Position numbers and translations under genes: made by a program
Shown: piece after piece, positions 37,865-51,044 of the stretch
Position numbering within the stretch: position 1 is the first letter of the stretch
How the letters are laid out: each line of letters opens with the position of its first letter
NCBI GenBank assembly: GCA_964016885.1
Contig: OZ024740.1
Coordinates: 176,762,001-176,826,000 of the forward strand
DNA: 64,000 nucleotides
Source: Eledone cirrhosa
Lineage: Eukaryota
Direction: 5' to 3'
The notes under the pieces: generated by a model
Told to the model about the DNA's origin: nothing
The model's database searches: none
Seen by the model: only the letters and a program-made list of their open reading frames with translations

Positions 37865-38644
37865 TTATTAATATATTTTTACACTACAGTAGCTCTTCTA
37901 ATTCCTGAGTACCCATATAATTTTAATCTACACTAGCTCTTCTAAGACATGAGTGCCCATATAATTTTAAATTACACTAGGTCTTTCAAGCCATCAGTGT
38001 CCATATATTTGTCAATCAATAATACAGATTAATGTCAGTAAATGCGTTTAAAATTATGTGAGAAAGTGACTAGTTTTGCTTACATAGTTTAGTGATTACC
38101 ACAACAGATTCACAAGCAGGAGATCGCGATTCCGAAACTTTCTGTAATTCTTGTTTCAATTAAAAACAATCTCCAGTTGTGTCATGATCCTTAGATGCTT
38201 AAATATTTTTCCATCTATCAACACGGTAGCTTCAATGTGCAGTGGTGTATATTTTATCCTATACTAGATTTGGGCCGACTTGTGCCATACAACAGTACTG
38301 AAGTATTTCCTAAATATATATAACCGCTAATTAAATTTAGATTGTTAATGAACTGCTTCCAAATTTCCTCATCATGAAACCAAACGATGGCTTATTACCA
38401 AATATAGCCTTATTAAACATGTTTACATGTGCAGTAAATTAGTGAAAGATGTATAAATGTAGAGGTAGCTGATTAGCCATGTAAATACTACGTTATGAAC
38501 GATTTTATATATTTAGCGTCTACGTCAAGAACTTTGTTTAACGCACATCAGCCTAGTTTCAGCATTGGTAAAGTATGTAGCAATGGATATTGACATTGGC
38601 AAGGAAATGATCAGCAGAAATATCTGAAAAAAAAAGGAGTGTCA

Positions 38645-38717
38645 AAGTTACAGCATGTTTCGAACTCACGACCATCTGCGTGTAAACCAGATATGATAAC
38701 CACTACACCATGGAACC
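38645..38717 (-). pseudogene. trnV: tRNA-Val(TAC), damaged, unit 21
   Basis: C31G and acceptor mismatch. Confidence 0.65.
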
Positions 38718-38835
38718 ACAGACTTGTTTTCGAACAAATATTGCCTCAATACATTTACATTTTATCAATTTTGCTGAATTGAAACAAATGTAAATATATT
38801 TGATCAGACAATGTTTCTTGTTTCATTCTTCATCT

Positions 38836-38908
38836 GGTTCCATGGTGTAGTGGTTATCACATCTGCTTAACACGCAGAAGGTCGTGAGTTCGAAATTCGC
38901 TGGAACCT
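38836..38908 (+). tRNA. trnV: tRNA-Val(AAC), unit 21
   Basis: C61T. Confidence 0.78.
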
Positions 38909-39680
38909 TCAATTATCTTTTTTTTGTTTTACTTCTATTTCATTTTGTGTTGTGTTTGATAGAATCTCACATATTTCTTCTGACTATCTCCTCGACAATT
39001 TCTATATCCAGTACTGTATATTTTACCTTACATATGCTGGAACTCTGCTGACCTGTGTTTTACAAAAGTACTTGACGTAGATTCGAAATATTAATAACCA
39101 ATCATTATCTAGTATTTATATTGTTAATCAACTGCTTCCAAATTTATACAACTTTCACTAACTTAACAGAAATATAAACGTGTTTCATAATGCAATATAT
39201 GTTAGGAAGCAACCGTTTGATACAATGTTGTAGTGTGTATCTCATTTGCAAGAAACACGAGATGATCGCGGATTCGAAATTCGCAGCAAACACTCTTAAC
39301 TTACAATCTGAATAAATAATATATTTATTTACATTTTTCATATCTTGCGTCATTTTAGTTGTCAATGAGGATTGAATACTTTTAATGTTATTGAAAAACA
39401 CATGTTATACAGTAGGTTTGAAAATAAAATATATTTGTTCCTATGTTCCAGAATAGAACATATTGGTAGAAATGATTGCCTAAATATGTCCGACCATGTT
39501 CTAAACAATGACAATCATAATTTAGAAAGAAATTGCTCTTTATAAACATATTTAGTTTGATAATCTACACACAAGCTTTTTTCTGTGTAGATTGTACATG
39601 TAAGTATTAGTGAAGTGAAACATTTCAAAATCACAAGATACGTATAAAAGAAAGTTATTCGATATCGAGAAAAGGAAATT

Positions 39681-39753
39681 GGTTCCATAGTGTAGTGGTT
39701 ATCACGTCTGCTTCACACGCGGAAGGTCGCGAGTTCGAAACTCGCTGGAGCCT
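39681..39753 (+). tRNA. trnV: tRNA-Val(CAC), unit 22
   Basis: Intact. Confidence 0.85.
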
Positions 39754-40522
39754 TTATTACAATATTTTTAATCTACAGTAGCTCTTCTAATTCATGAGTG
39801 CCCATATCATTTTAATCTACACTAGCTCTTCTAAGACATGCGTGCCCATATAATTTTAAATTACACTAGGTCTTTCAAGCGATCAGTGTCCATATATTTG
39901 TCAATCAATAATACAGATTAATGTCAGTAAATGCGTTTAAAATTATGTGAGAAAGTGACTAGTTTTGCTTACATAGTTTAGTGATTACCACAACAGATTC
40001 ACAAGCAGGAGATCGCGATTCCGAAACTTTCTGTAATTCTTGTTTCAATTAAAAACAAACTCCAGTTGTGTCATGATCCTTAGATGCTTAAATATTTTTC
40101 CATCTATCAACTCGGTAGCTTCAATGTGCAGTGGTGTATATTTTATCCTATACTAGATTTGGGCCGACTTGTGCCATACAACATTACTGAAGTATTTCCT
40201 AAATATATATAAGCGCTAATTAAATTTAGATTGTTAATGAACTGCTTCCAAATTTCCTCATCATGATGGCTTATTACCAAATAAAGCCTTATTAAACATG
40301 TTTACATGTCCAGTAAATTAGTGAAAGATGTATAAATGTAGAGGTAGCTGATTAGCCATGTAAATACCACGTTATGAACGATTTTATATATTTAGCATCT
40401 ACGTCAAGAACTTTGTTTAACGCATGTCAGCCTAGTTTCAGCATTGGTAAAGTATGTAGCAATGGATATTGACATTGGCAAGGATATGATCAGGAGAAAT
40501 ATCTGAAAAAAAAGGAGTGTCA

Positions 40523-40595
40523 AAGTTGCAGCATGTTTCGAACTCACGACTATCTGCGTGTAAAGGAGATATGAGAACCACTACACCATGGAACC
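40523..40595 (-). pseudogene. trnV: tRNA-Val(TAC), damaged allele, unit 22
   Basis: Same lesions as units 1 and 12. Confidence 0.7.
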
Positions 40596-40713
40596 ACAGA
40601 CTTGTTTTAGAACAAATATTGCCTCAATACATTTACATTTTATGAATTATGCTGAATTGAAACAAATGTAAATGTATTTGATAAGACAATGTTTCTTCTT
40701 TCATTCTTCATCT

Positions 40714-40786
40714 GGTTCCATGGTGTAGTGGTTATCACATCTGCTTAACACGCAGAAGGTCGTGAGTTCGAAACTCGCTGGAACCT
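40714..40786 (+). tRNA. trnV: tRNA-Val(AAC), unit 22
   Basis: Intact. Confidence 0.9.
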
Positions 40787-41557
40787 CCAATTATCTGTTT
40801 TTCTTTTACTTCTATTTCATTTTGTGTTGTGTTTGATAGAATCTCACATATTTCTTCTGACTATCTACTCGACAATTTCTATATCCAGTACTGTATATTT
40901 TACCTTACATATGCTGGAATTCTGCTGACCTGTGTTTTACAAAAGTACTTGACGTAGATTCGAAATATTAATAACCAATCATTATATAGTATTTATATTG
41001 TTAATCAACTGCTTCCAAATTTATACAACTTTCACTAAATTAACAGAAATATAAACGTGTTTCATAATGCATTATATGTTAGGAAGCAAGCGTTTGATAC
41101 AATGTTGTAGTGTGTATCTCATTCGCAAAAAACACGAGATGATCGCGGATTCGAAATTTGCAGCAAACACTCTTAATTTACAACCTGAATAAATAATATA
41201 TTTATTTACATTTTTCATATCTTGCGTCATTTTAGTTGTCAATGAGGATTGAATACTTTTAATGTTATAGAAAAACATATGTTATACAGTCGGTTTGTAA
41301 ATAAAATATATTTGTTCCTATGGGCCAGAATAGAACATATTTGTAGAAATGATTGCCTAAATATGTCCGACCATGTTCTAAACAATGACAATCATAATTT
41401 AGAAAGAAATTGCTCTTTATAAACATATTTAGTTTGATAATCTACACACAAGCTTTTTTCTGTGTAGATTGTACATGTAAGTATTAGTGAAGTGAAACAT
41501 TTCAAAATCACAAGATACGTATAAAAGAAAGTTATTCGATGTCGAGAAAAGGAAATT

Positions 41558-41630
41558 GGTTCCATAGTGTAGTGGTTATCACGTCTGCTTCACACGCGGA
41601 ATGTCGCGAGTTCGAAACTCGCTGGAGCCT
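41558..41630 (+). tRNA. trnV: tRNA-Val(CAC), unit 23
   Basis: Intact except a variable-loop G>T. Confidence 0.8.
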
Positions 41631-42410
41631 TTATTACAATATTTTTAATCTACAGTAGCTCTTCTAATTCATGAGTGCCCATATCATTTTAATCTACACT
41701 AGCTCTTCTAAGACATGAGTGCCCATATAATTTTAAATTACACTAGGTCTTTCAAGCCATCAGTGTCCATATATTTGTCAATCAATAATACAGATTAATG
41801 TCAGTAAATGCGTTTCAAATTATGTGAGAAAGTGACTAGTTTTGCTTACATAGTTTAGTGATTACCACGCCAGATTCACAAGCAGGAGATCGCGATTCCG
41901 AAACTTTCTGTAATTCTTGTTTAAATTAAAAACAATCTCCAGTTGTGTCATGATCCTTATATGCTTAAATATTTTTCCATCTATCAATACGGTAGCTTCA
42001 ATGTGCAGTGGTGTATATTTTATCCTATACTAGATTTGGGCCGACTTGTGCCATACAACAGTACTGAAGTATTTCCTAAATATATATAACCGCTAATAAA
42101 ATTTAGATTGTTAATGAACTGCTTCCAAATTTCCACATCATGAAACCAAACGATGGCTTATTACCAAATAAAGCCTTATCAAACATGTTTACATGTCCAG
42201 TAAATTAGTGAAAGATGTATAAATGTAGAGGTAGCTGATTAGCCATGTAAATACTACGTTATGAACGATTTTATATATTTAGCGTCTACGTCAAGAACTT
42301 TGTTTAACGCACATCAGCCTAGTTTCAGCATTGGTAAAGTATGTAGCAATGGATATTGACATTGGCAAGGATATGATCAGGAGAAATATCTGAAAAAAAA
42401 AGGAGTGTCA

Positions 42411-42483
42411 AAGTTCCAGCATATTTCGAACTCATGACCATCTGCGTGTAAAGCAGATATGATAACCACTACACCATGGAACC
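42411..42483 (-). pseudogene. trnV: tRNA-Val(TAC), damaged, unit 23
   Basis: G49A and C61T further break the T-stem. Confidence 0.6.
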
Positions 42484-42601
42484 ACAGACTTGTTTTAGAA
42501 CAAATATTGCCTCAATACATTTACATTTCATCAATTATGCTGAATTGAAACAAATGTAAATGTATTTGATAAGACAATGTTTCTTGTTTCATTCTTCATC
42601 T

Positions 42602-42674
42602 GGTTCCATGGTGTAGTGGTTATCACATCTGCTTAACACGCAGAAGGTCGTGAGTTCGAAACTCGCTGGAACCT
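42602..42674 (+). tRNA. trnV: tRNA-Val(AAC), unit 23
   Basis: Intact. Confidence 0.9.
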
Positions 42675-43436
42675 TCAATTATCTTTTTTTCTATTTCATT
42701 TTGTGTTGTGTTTGATAGAATCTCACATATTTCTTCTGACTATCTCCTCGACAATTTCTATATCCAGTACTGTATATTTTACCTTACATATGCTGGAATT
42801 CTGCTGACCTGTGTTTTACAAAAGTACTTGACGTAGATTCGAAATATTAATAACCAATCATTATATAGTATTTATATTGTTAATCAACTGCTTCCAAATT
42901 TATACAACTTTCACTAAATTAACAGAAATATAAACGTGTTTCATAATGCATTATATGTTAGGAAGCAAGCGTTTGATACAATGTTGTAGTGTGTATCTCA
43001 TTCGCAAAAAACACGAGATGATCGCGGATTCGAAATTTGCAGCAAACACTCTTAATTTACAACCTGAATAAATAATATATTTATTTACATTTTTCATATC
43101 TTGCGCCATTTTAGTTGTCAATGAGGATTGAATACTTTTAATGTTATAGAAAAACACATGTTATACAGTAGGTTTGAAAATAAAATATATTTGTTCCTAT
43201 GTGCCAGAATAGAACATATTTGTAGAAATGATTGCCTAAATATGTCCGACCATGTTCTAAACAATGACAATCATAATTTAGAAAGAAATTGCTCTTTATA
43301 AACATATTTAGTTTGATAATCTACACACAAGCTTTTTTCTGTGTAGATTGTACATGTAAGTATTAGTGAAGTGAAACATTTCAAAATCACAAGATACGTA
43401 TAAAAGAAAGTTATTCGATATCGAGAAAAGGAAATT

Positions 43437-43508
43437 GGTTCCATAGTGTAGTGGTTATCACGTCTGCTTCACACGCGGAAGGTCGCGAGTTGAAACTCGC
43501 TGGAGCCT
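43437..43508 (+). pseudogene. trnV: tRNA-Val(CAC), C56 deletion, unit 24
   Basis: T-loop reads GTTGAAAC. Confidence 0.65.
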
Positions 43509-44287
43509 TTATTACAATATTTTTAATCTACAGTAGCTCTTCTAATTCATGAGTACCCATATAATTTTAATCTACACTAGCTCTTCTAAGACATGAGTGC
43601 CCATATAATTTTAAATTACACTAGGTCTTTCAAGCCATCAGTGTCCATATATTTATCAATCAATAATACAGATTAATGTCAGTAAATGCGTTTAAAATTA
43701 TGTGAGAAAGTGACTAGTTTTGCTTACATAGTTTAGTGATTACCACGCCAGATTCACAAGCAGGAGATCGCGATTCCGAAACTTTCTGTAATCCTTGTTT
43801 CAATTAAAAACAAACTCCAGTTGTGTCGTGATCCTTAGATGCTTAAATATTTTTCCATCTATCAACACGGTAGCTTCAATATGCAGTGGTGTATATTTTA
43901 TCCTATACTAGATTTGGGCCGACTTGTGCCATACAACAGTACTGAAGTATTTCCTAAATATATATAAGCGCTAATTAAATTTAGATTGTTAATGAACTGC
44001 TTCCAAATTTCCTCATCATGAAACCAAACGATGGCTTATTACCAAATATAGCCTTATTAAACATGTTTACATGTCCAGTAAATTAGTGAAAGATGTATAA
44101 ATGTAGAGGTAGCCGATTAGCCATGTAAATACTACGTTATGAACGATTTTATATATTTAGCATCGACGTCAAGAACTTTGTTTAACGCATGTCAGCCTAG
44201 TTTCAGCATTGGTAAAGTATGTAGCAATGGATATTGACATTGGCAAGGATATGATCAGGAGAAATATCTGAAAAAAAAGGAGTGTCA

Positions 44288-44360
44288 AAGTTCCAGCATG
44301 TTTCGAACTCACGACCATCTGCGTGTTAAGCAGATATGATAACCACTACACCATGGAACC
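44288..44360 (-). tRNA. trnV: TAC-position gene with anticodon AAC, unit 24
   Basis: + strand GCGTGTTAAGCAGA = TCTGC TT AAC AC GC. Confidence 0.7.
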
Positions 44361-44478
44361 ACAGACTTGTTTTAGAACAATTATTGCCTCAATACATTTA
44401 CATTTTATCAATTATGCTGAATTGAAACAAATGTAAATGTATTTGATAAGACAATGTTTCTTCACTCATTCTTCATCT

Positions 44479-44551
44479 GGTTCCATGGTGTAGTGGTTAT
44501 CACATCTGTTTAACACACAGAAGGTCGTGAGTTCGAAACTCGCTGGAATCT
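44479..44551 (+). tRNA. trnV: tRNA-Val(AAC), unit 24
   Basis: Compensatory T31-A39; G2.T71. Confidence 0.85.
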
Positions 44552-45318
44552 TCAATTATCTTTTTTTCTTTTACTTCTATTTCATTTTGTGTTGTGTTTG
44601 ATAGAATCTCACATATTTCTTCTGACTATCTCCTCGACAATTTCTATATCCAGTACTGTATATTTTACCTTACATATGCTGGAACTCGGCTGACCTGTGT
44701 TTTACAAAATTTGAAGTAGATTCGAAATATTAATAACCAATCATTATCTAGTATTTATATTGTTAATCAACTGCTTCCAAATTTATACAACTTTCACTAA
44801 ATTAACAGAAATATAAACGTGTTTCATAATGCAATATATGTTAGGAAGCAACCGTTTGATACAATGTTGTAGTGTGTATCTCATTTGCAAAAAACACGAG
44901 ATGATCGTGGATTCGAAATTCGCAGCAAACACTCTTAATTTGCAATCTGAATAAATAATATATTTATTTACATTTTTCATATCTTGCGTCATTTTAGTTG
45001 TCAATGAGGATTGAATACCTTTAATGTTATTGAAAAACACATGTTATACAGTAGGTTTGAAAATAAGATATATTTGCTCCAATGTTCCAGAATAGAACAT
45101 ATTGGTAGAAATGATTACCTAAATATGTCCGACCATGTGCTAAACAATGACAATCATAATTTAGAAAGAAATTGCTCTTTATAATCATATTTAGTTTGAT
45201 AACTACACACAAGCTTTTTTCTGTGTAGATTGTACATGTAAGTATTAGTGAAGTGAAATATTTCAAAATCACAAGATACGTATAAAAGAAAGTTATTCGA
45301 TATCGAGAAAAGGAAATC

Positions 45319-45391
45319 GGTTCCGTAGTGTAGTGGTTATCACGTCTGCTTCACACGCGGAAGGTCGCGAGTTCGAAACTCGCTGGAGCCT
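45319..45391 (+). tRNA. trnV: tRNA-Val(CAC), unit 25
   Basis: G7.T66 wobble, otherwise intact. Confidence 0.8.
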
Positions 45392-46169
45392 TTATTACAA
45401 TATTTTTAATCTACAGTAGCTCTTCTAATTCATGAGTGCCCATATCATTTTAATCTACACTAGCTCTTCTAAGACATGAGTGCCCATATAATTTTAAATT
45501 ACACTAGGTCTTTCAAGCCATCAGTGTCCATATAATTGTCAATCAATAATACAGATTAATGTCAGTAAATGCGTTTAAAATTATGTGAGAAAGTGACTAG
45601 TTTTGCTTACATAGTTTAGTGATTACCACGCCAGATTCACAAGCAGGAGAACGCGATTCCGAAACTTTCTGTAATTCTTGTTTCAATTAAAAGCAAACTC
45701 CAGTTGTGTCATGATCCTTAGATGCTTAAATAATTTTCCATCTATCAACACGGTAGCTTCAATGTGCAGTGGTGTATATTTTAGACTATACTAGATTTTG
45801 GCCGACTTGTGCCATACAACAGTACTGAAGTATTTCCTAAATATATATAAGCGCTAATTAAATTTAGATTGTTAATGAACTGCTTCCAAATTTCCTCATC
45901 ATGAAACCAAACGATGGCTTATTACCAAATATAGCCTTATTAAACATGTTTACATGTCCAGTAAATTAGTGAAAGATGTATAAATGTAGAGATAGCCGAT
46001 TAGCCATGTAAATACCACGTTATGAACGATTTTATATATTTAGCATCTACGTCAAGAACTTTGTTTAACGCATGTCAGCCTAGTTTCAGCATTGGTAAAG
46101 TATGTAGCAATGGATATTGACATTGGCAAGGATATGATCCGGAGAAATATCTGAAAAAAAGGAGTGTCA

Positions 46170-46242
46170 AAGTTCCAGCATGTTTTGAACTCACGACCAT
46201 CTGCGTGTAAAGCAGATATGATAACCACTACACCATGGAACC
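46170..46242 (-). tRNA. trnV: tRNA-Val(TAC), unit 25
   Basis: G57A (tolerated purine). Confidence 0.65.
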
Positions 46243-46360
46243 ACAGACTTGTTTTAGAACAATTATTGCCTCAATACATTTACATTTTATCAATTATGCT
46301 GAATTGAAACAAATGTAAATGTATTTGATAAGACAATGTTTCTTCACTCATTCTTCATCT

Positions 46361-46433
46361 GGTTCCATGGTGTAGTGGTTATCACATCTGTTTAACACAC
46401 AGAAGGTCGTGAGTTCGAAACTCGCTGGAACCT
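46361..46433 (+). tRNA. trnV: tRNA-Val(AAC), unit 25
   Basis: Compensatory T31-A39; intact. Confidence 0.9.
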
Positions 46434-47204
46434 TCAATTATCTTTTTTTGTTTTACTTCTATTTCATTTTGTGTTGTGTTTGATAGAATCTCACATATTT
46501 CTTCTGACTATCTCCTCGACAATTTCTATATCCAATACTGTATATTTTACCTTGCATATGCTGGAACTCTGCTGACCTGTGTTTTACAAAAGTACTTGAC
46601 GTAGATTCGAAATATTAATAACTAATCATTATATAGTATTTATATTGTTAATCAACTGCTTCCAAATTTATACAACTTTCACTAAATTAACAGAAATATA
46701 AACGTGTTTCATAATGCAATATATGTTAGGAAGCAACCGTTTGATACAATGTTGTAGTGTGTATCTCATTCGCAAAAAACACGAGATGATCGCGGATTCG
46801 AAATTTGCAGCAAACACTCTTAATTTACAATCTGAATAAATAATATATCTATTTACATTTTTCATATCTTGCGTCATTTTAGTTGTCAATGAGGATTGAA
46901 TACTTTTAATGTTATTGAAAAACACATGTTATACAGTAGGTTTGAAAATAAAATATATTTGTTCCTATGTTCCAGAATAGAACATATTTGTAGAAATGAT
47001 TGCCTAAATATGTCCGACCATGTGCTAAACAATGACAATCATAATTTAGAAAGAAATTGCTCTTTATAAACATATTTAGTTTGATAATCTACACACAAGT
47101 TTTTTTCTGTATAGATTGTACATATAAATATTAGTGAAGTGAAATATTTCAAGATCACAAGATACGTATAAAAGAAAGTTATTCGATGTCGAGAAAAGGA
47201 AATT

Positions 47205-47276
47205 GGTTCCATAGTGTAGTGGTTATCACGTCTGCTTCACACGCGGAAGGTCGCGAGTTGAAACTCGCTGGAGCCT
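47205..47276 (+). pseudogene. trnV: tRNA-Val(CAC), C56 deletion, unit 26
   Basis: T-loop reads GTTGAAAC. Confidence 0.65.
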
Positions 47277-48055
47277 TTATTACAATATTTTTAATCTACA
47301 GTAGCTCTTCTAATTCATGAGTACCCATATAATTTTAATCTACACTAGCTCTTCTAAGACATGAGTGCCCATATAATTTTAAATTACACTAGGTCTTTCA
47401 AGCCATCAGTGTCCATATATTTATCAATCAATAATACAGATTAATGTCAGTAAATGCGTTTAAAATTATGTGAGAAAGTGACTAGTTTTGCTTACATAGT
47501 TTAGTGATTACCACGCCAGATTCACAAGCAGGAGATCGCGATTCCGAAACTTTCTGTAATCCTTGTTTCAATTAAAAACAAACTCCAGTTGTGTCGTGAT
47601 CCTTAGATGCTTAAATATTTTTCCATCTATCAACACGGTACCTTCAATATGCAGTGGTGTATATTTTATCCTATACTAGATTTGGGCCGACTTGTGCCAT
47701 ACAACAGTACTGAAGTATTTCCTAAATATATATAAGCGCTAATTAAATTTAGATTGTTAATGAACTGCTTCCAAATTTCCTCATCATGAAACCAAACGAT
47801 GGCTTATTACCAAATATAGCCTTATTAAACATGTTTACATGTCCAGTAAATTAGTGAAAGATGTATAAATGTAGAGGTAGCCGATTAGCCATGTAAATAC
47901 TACGTTATGAACGATTTTATATATTTAGCATCGACGTCAAGAACTTTGTTTAACGCATGTCAGCCTAGTTTCAGCATTGGTAAAGTATGTAGCAATGGAT
48001 ATTGACATTGGCAAGGATATGATCAGGAGAAATATCTGAAAAAAAAGGAGTGTCA

Positions 48056-48128
48056 AAGTTCCAGCATGTTTCGAACTCACGACCATCTGCGTGTTAAGCA
48101 GATATGATAACCACTACACCATGGAACC
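48056..48128 (-). tRNA. trnV: TAC-position gene with anticodon AAC, unit 26
   Basis: + strand GCGTGTTAAGCAGA. Confidence 0.7.
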
Positions 48129-48246
48129 ACAGACTTGTTTTAGAACAATTATTGCCTCAATACATTTACATTTTATCAATTATGCTGAATTGAAACAAAT
48201 GTAAATGTATTTGATAAGACAATGTTTCTTCACTCATTCTTCATCT

Positions 48247-48319
48247 GGTTCCATGGTGTAGTGGTTATCACATCTGTTTAACACACAGAAGGTCGTGAGT
48301 TCGAAACTCGCTGGAATCT
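48247..48319 (+). tRNA. trnV: tRNA-Val(AAC), unit 26
   Basis: Compensatory T31-A39; G2.T71. Confidence 0.85.
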
Positions 48320-49087
48320 TCAATTATCTTTTTTTCTTTTACTTCTATTTCATTTTGTGTTGTGTTTGATAGAATCTCACATATTTCTTCTGACTATCTC
48401 CTCGACAATTTCTATATCCAGTACTGTATATTTTACCTTACATATGCTGGAACTCGGCTGACCTGTGTTTTACAAAACTTGAAGTAGATTCGAAATATTA
48501 ATAACCAATCATTATCTAGTATTTATATTGTTAATCAACTGCTTCCAAATTTATACAACTTTCACTAAATTAACAGAAATATAAACGTGTTTCATAATGC
48601 AATATATGTTAGGAAGCAACCGTTTGATACAATGTTGTAGTGTGTATCTCATTCGCAAAAAACACGAGATGATCGCGGATTCGAAATTTGCAGCAAACAC
48701 TCTTAATTTACAATCTGAATAAATAATATATTTATTTACATTTTTCATATCTTGCGTCATTTTAGTTGTCAATGAGGATTGAATACTTTTAATGTTATTG
48801 AAAAACACATGTTATACAGTAGGTTTGAAAATAAAATATATTTGTTCCTATGTTCCAGAATAGAACATATTTGTAGAAATGATTGCCTAAATATGTCCGA
48901 CCATGTGCTAAACAATGACAATCATAATTTAGAAAGAAATTGCTCTTTATAAACATATTTAGTTTGATAATCTACACACAAGTTTTTTTCTGTGTAGATT
49001 GTACATATAAATATTAGTGAAGTGAAATATTTCAAGATCACAAGATACGTATAAAAGAAAGTTATTCGATGTCGAGAAAAGGAAATT

Positions 49088-49159
49088 GGTTCCATAGTGT
49101 AGTGGTTATCACGTCTGCTTCACACGCGGAAGGTCGCGAGTTGAAACTCGCTGGAGCCT
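49088..49159 (+). pseudogene. trnV: tRNA-Val(CAC), C56 deletion, unit 27
   Basis: T-loop reads GTTGAAAC. Confidence 0.65.
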
Positions 49160-49937
49160 TTATTACAATATTTTTAATCTACAGTAGCTCTTCTAATTCA
49201 TGAGTACCCATATAATTTTAATCTGCACTAGCTCTTCTAAGACATGAGTGCCCATATAATTTTAAATTACACTAGGTCTTTCAAGCCATCAGTGTCCATA
49301 TATTTATCAATCAATAATACAGATTAATGTCAGTAAATGCGTTTAAAATTATGTGAGAATGTGACTATTTTGCTTACATAGTTTAGTGATTACTACGCCA
49401 GATTCACAAGCAGGAGATCGCGATTCCGAAACTTTCTGTAATCCTTGTTTCAATTAAAAACAAACTCCAGTTGTGTCATGATCCTTAGATGCTTAAATAT
49501 TTTTCCATCTATCAACACGGTAGCTTCAATGTGCAGTGGTGTATATTTTATCCTATACTAGATTTGGGCCGACTTGTGCCATACAACAGTACTGAAGTAT
49601 TTCCTAAATATATATAACCGCTAATTAAATTCAGATTGTTAATGAACTGCTTCCAAATTTCCTCATCATGAAACCAAACGATGGCTTATTACCAAATATA
49701 GCCTTATCAAACATGTTTACATGTCCAGTAAATTAATGAAAGATGTATAAATGTAGAGGTAGCTGATTAGCCATGTAAATACTACGTTATGAACGATTTT
49801 ATATATTTAGCATCTACGTCAAGAACTTTGTTTAACGCATGTCAGCCTAGTTTCAGCATTGGTAAAGTATGTAGCAATGGATATTGACATTGGCAAGGAT
49901 ATGATCTGGAGAAATATCTGAAAAAAAAGGAGTGTCA

Positions 49938-50010
49938 AAGTTCCAGCATGTTTCGAACTCACGACCATCTGCGTGTAAAGCAGATATGATAACCACTACA
50001 CCATGGAACC
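49938..50010 (-). tRNA. trnV: tRNA-Val(TAC), unit 27
   Basis: Array-consensus copy. Confidence 0.7.
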
Positions 50011-50128
50011 ACAGACTTGTTTTAGAACAAATATTGCCTCAATACATTTACATTTTATCAATTATGCTGAATTGAAACAAATGTAAATGTATTTGATAAG
50101 ACAATGTTTCTTGTTTCATTCTTCATCT

Positions 50129-50201
50129 GGTTCCATGGTGTAGTGGTTATCACATCTGCTTAACACGCAGAAGGTCGTGAGTTCGAAACTCGCTGGAACC
50201 T
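50129..50201 (+). tRNA. trnV: tRNA-Val(AAC), unit 27
   Basis: Intact. Confidence 0.9.
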
Positions 50202-50971
50202 TCATTTATCTTTTTTTCTTTTACTTCTATTTCATTTTGTGTTGTGTTTGATAGAATCTCACATATTTCTTCTGACTATCTCCTCGACAATTTCTATATC
50301 CAGTACTGTATATTTTACCTTACATATGCTGGAACTCTGCTGACCTGTGTTTTACAAAAGTACTTGACGTAGATTCAAAATATTAATAACCAATCATTAT
50401 ATAGTATTTATATTGTTAATCAACTGCTTCCAAATTTATACAACTTTCACTAAATTAACAGAAATATAAACGTGTTTCATAATGCAATATATGTTAGGAA
50501 GCAACCGTTTGATACAATGTTGTAGTGTGTATCTCATGCGCAAAAAACACGAGATGATCGCGGATTCGAAATTTGCAGCAAACACTCTTAATTTACAATC
50601 TGAATAAATAATATATTTATTTACATTTTTCATATCTTGCGTCATTTTAGTTGTCAATGAGGATTGAATACTTTTAATGTTATTGAAAAACACATGTTAT
50701 ACAGTAGGTTTGAAAATAAAATATATTTGCTCCTATGTTCCAGAATAGAACATATTGGTAGAAATGATTACCTAAATATGTCCGACCATGTGCTAAACAA
50801 TGACAATCATAATTTAGAAAGAAATTTCTCTTTATAAACATATTTAGTTTGATAACTACACACAAGCTTTTTTCTGTGTAGATTGTACATGTAAGTATTA
50901 GTGAAGTGAAATATTTCAAAATCACAAGATACGTATAAAAGAAAGTTATTCGATATCGAGAAAAGGAAATC

Positions 50972-51044
50972 GGTTCCATAGTGTAGTGGTTATCACGTCT
51001 GCTTCACACGCGGAGGGTCGCGAGTTCGGAACTTGCTGGAGCCT
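50972..51044 (+). tRNA. trnV: tRNA-Val(CAC), unit 28 (possibly pseudogene)
   Basis: A58G, C63T. Confidence 0.55.
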
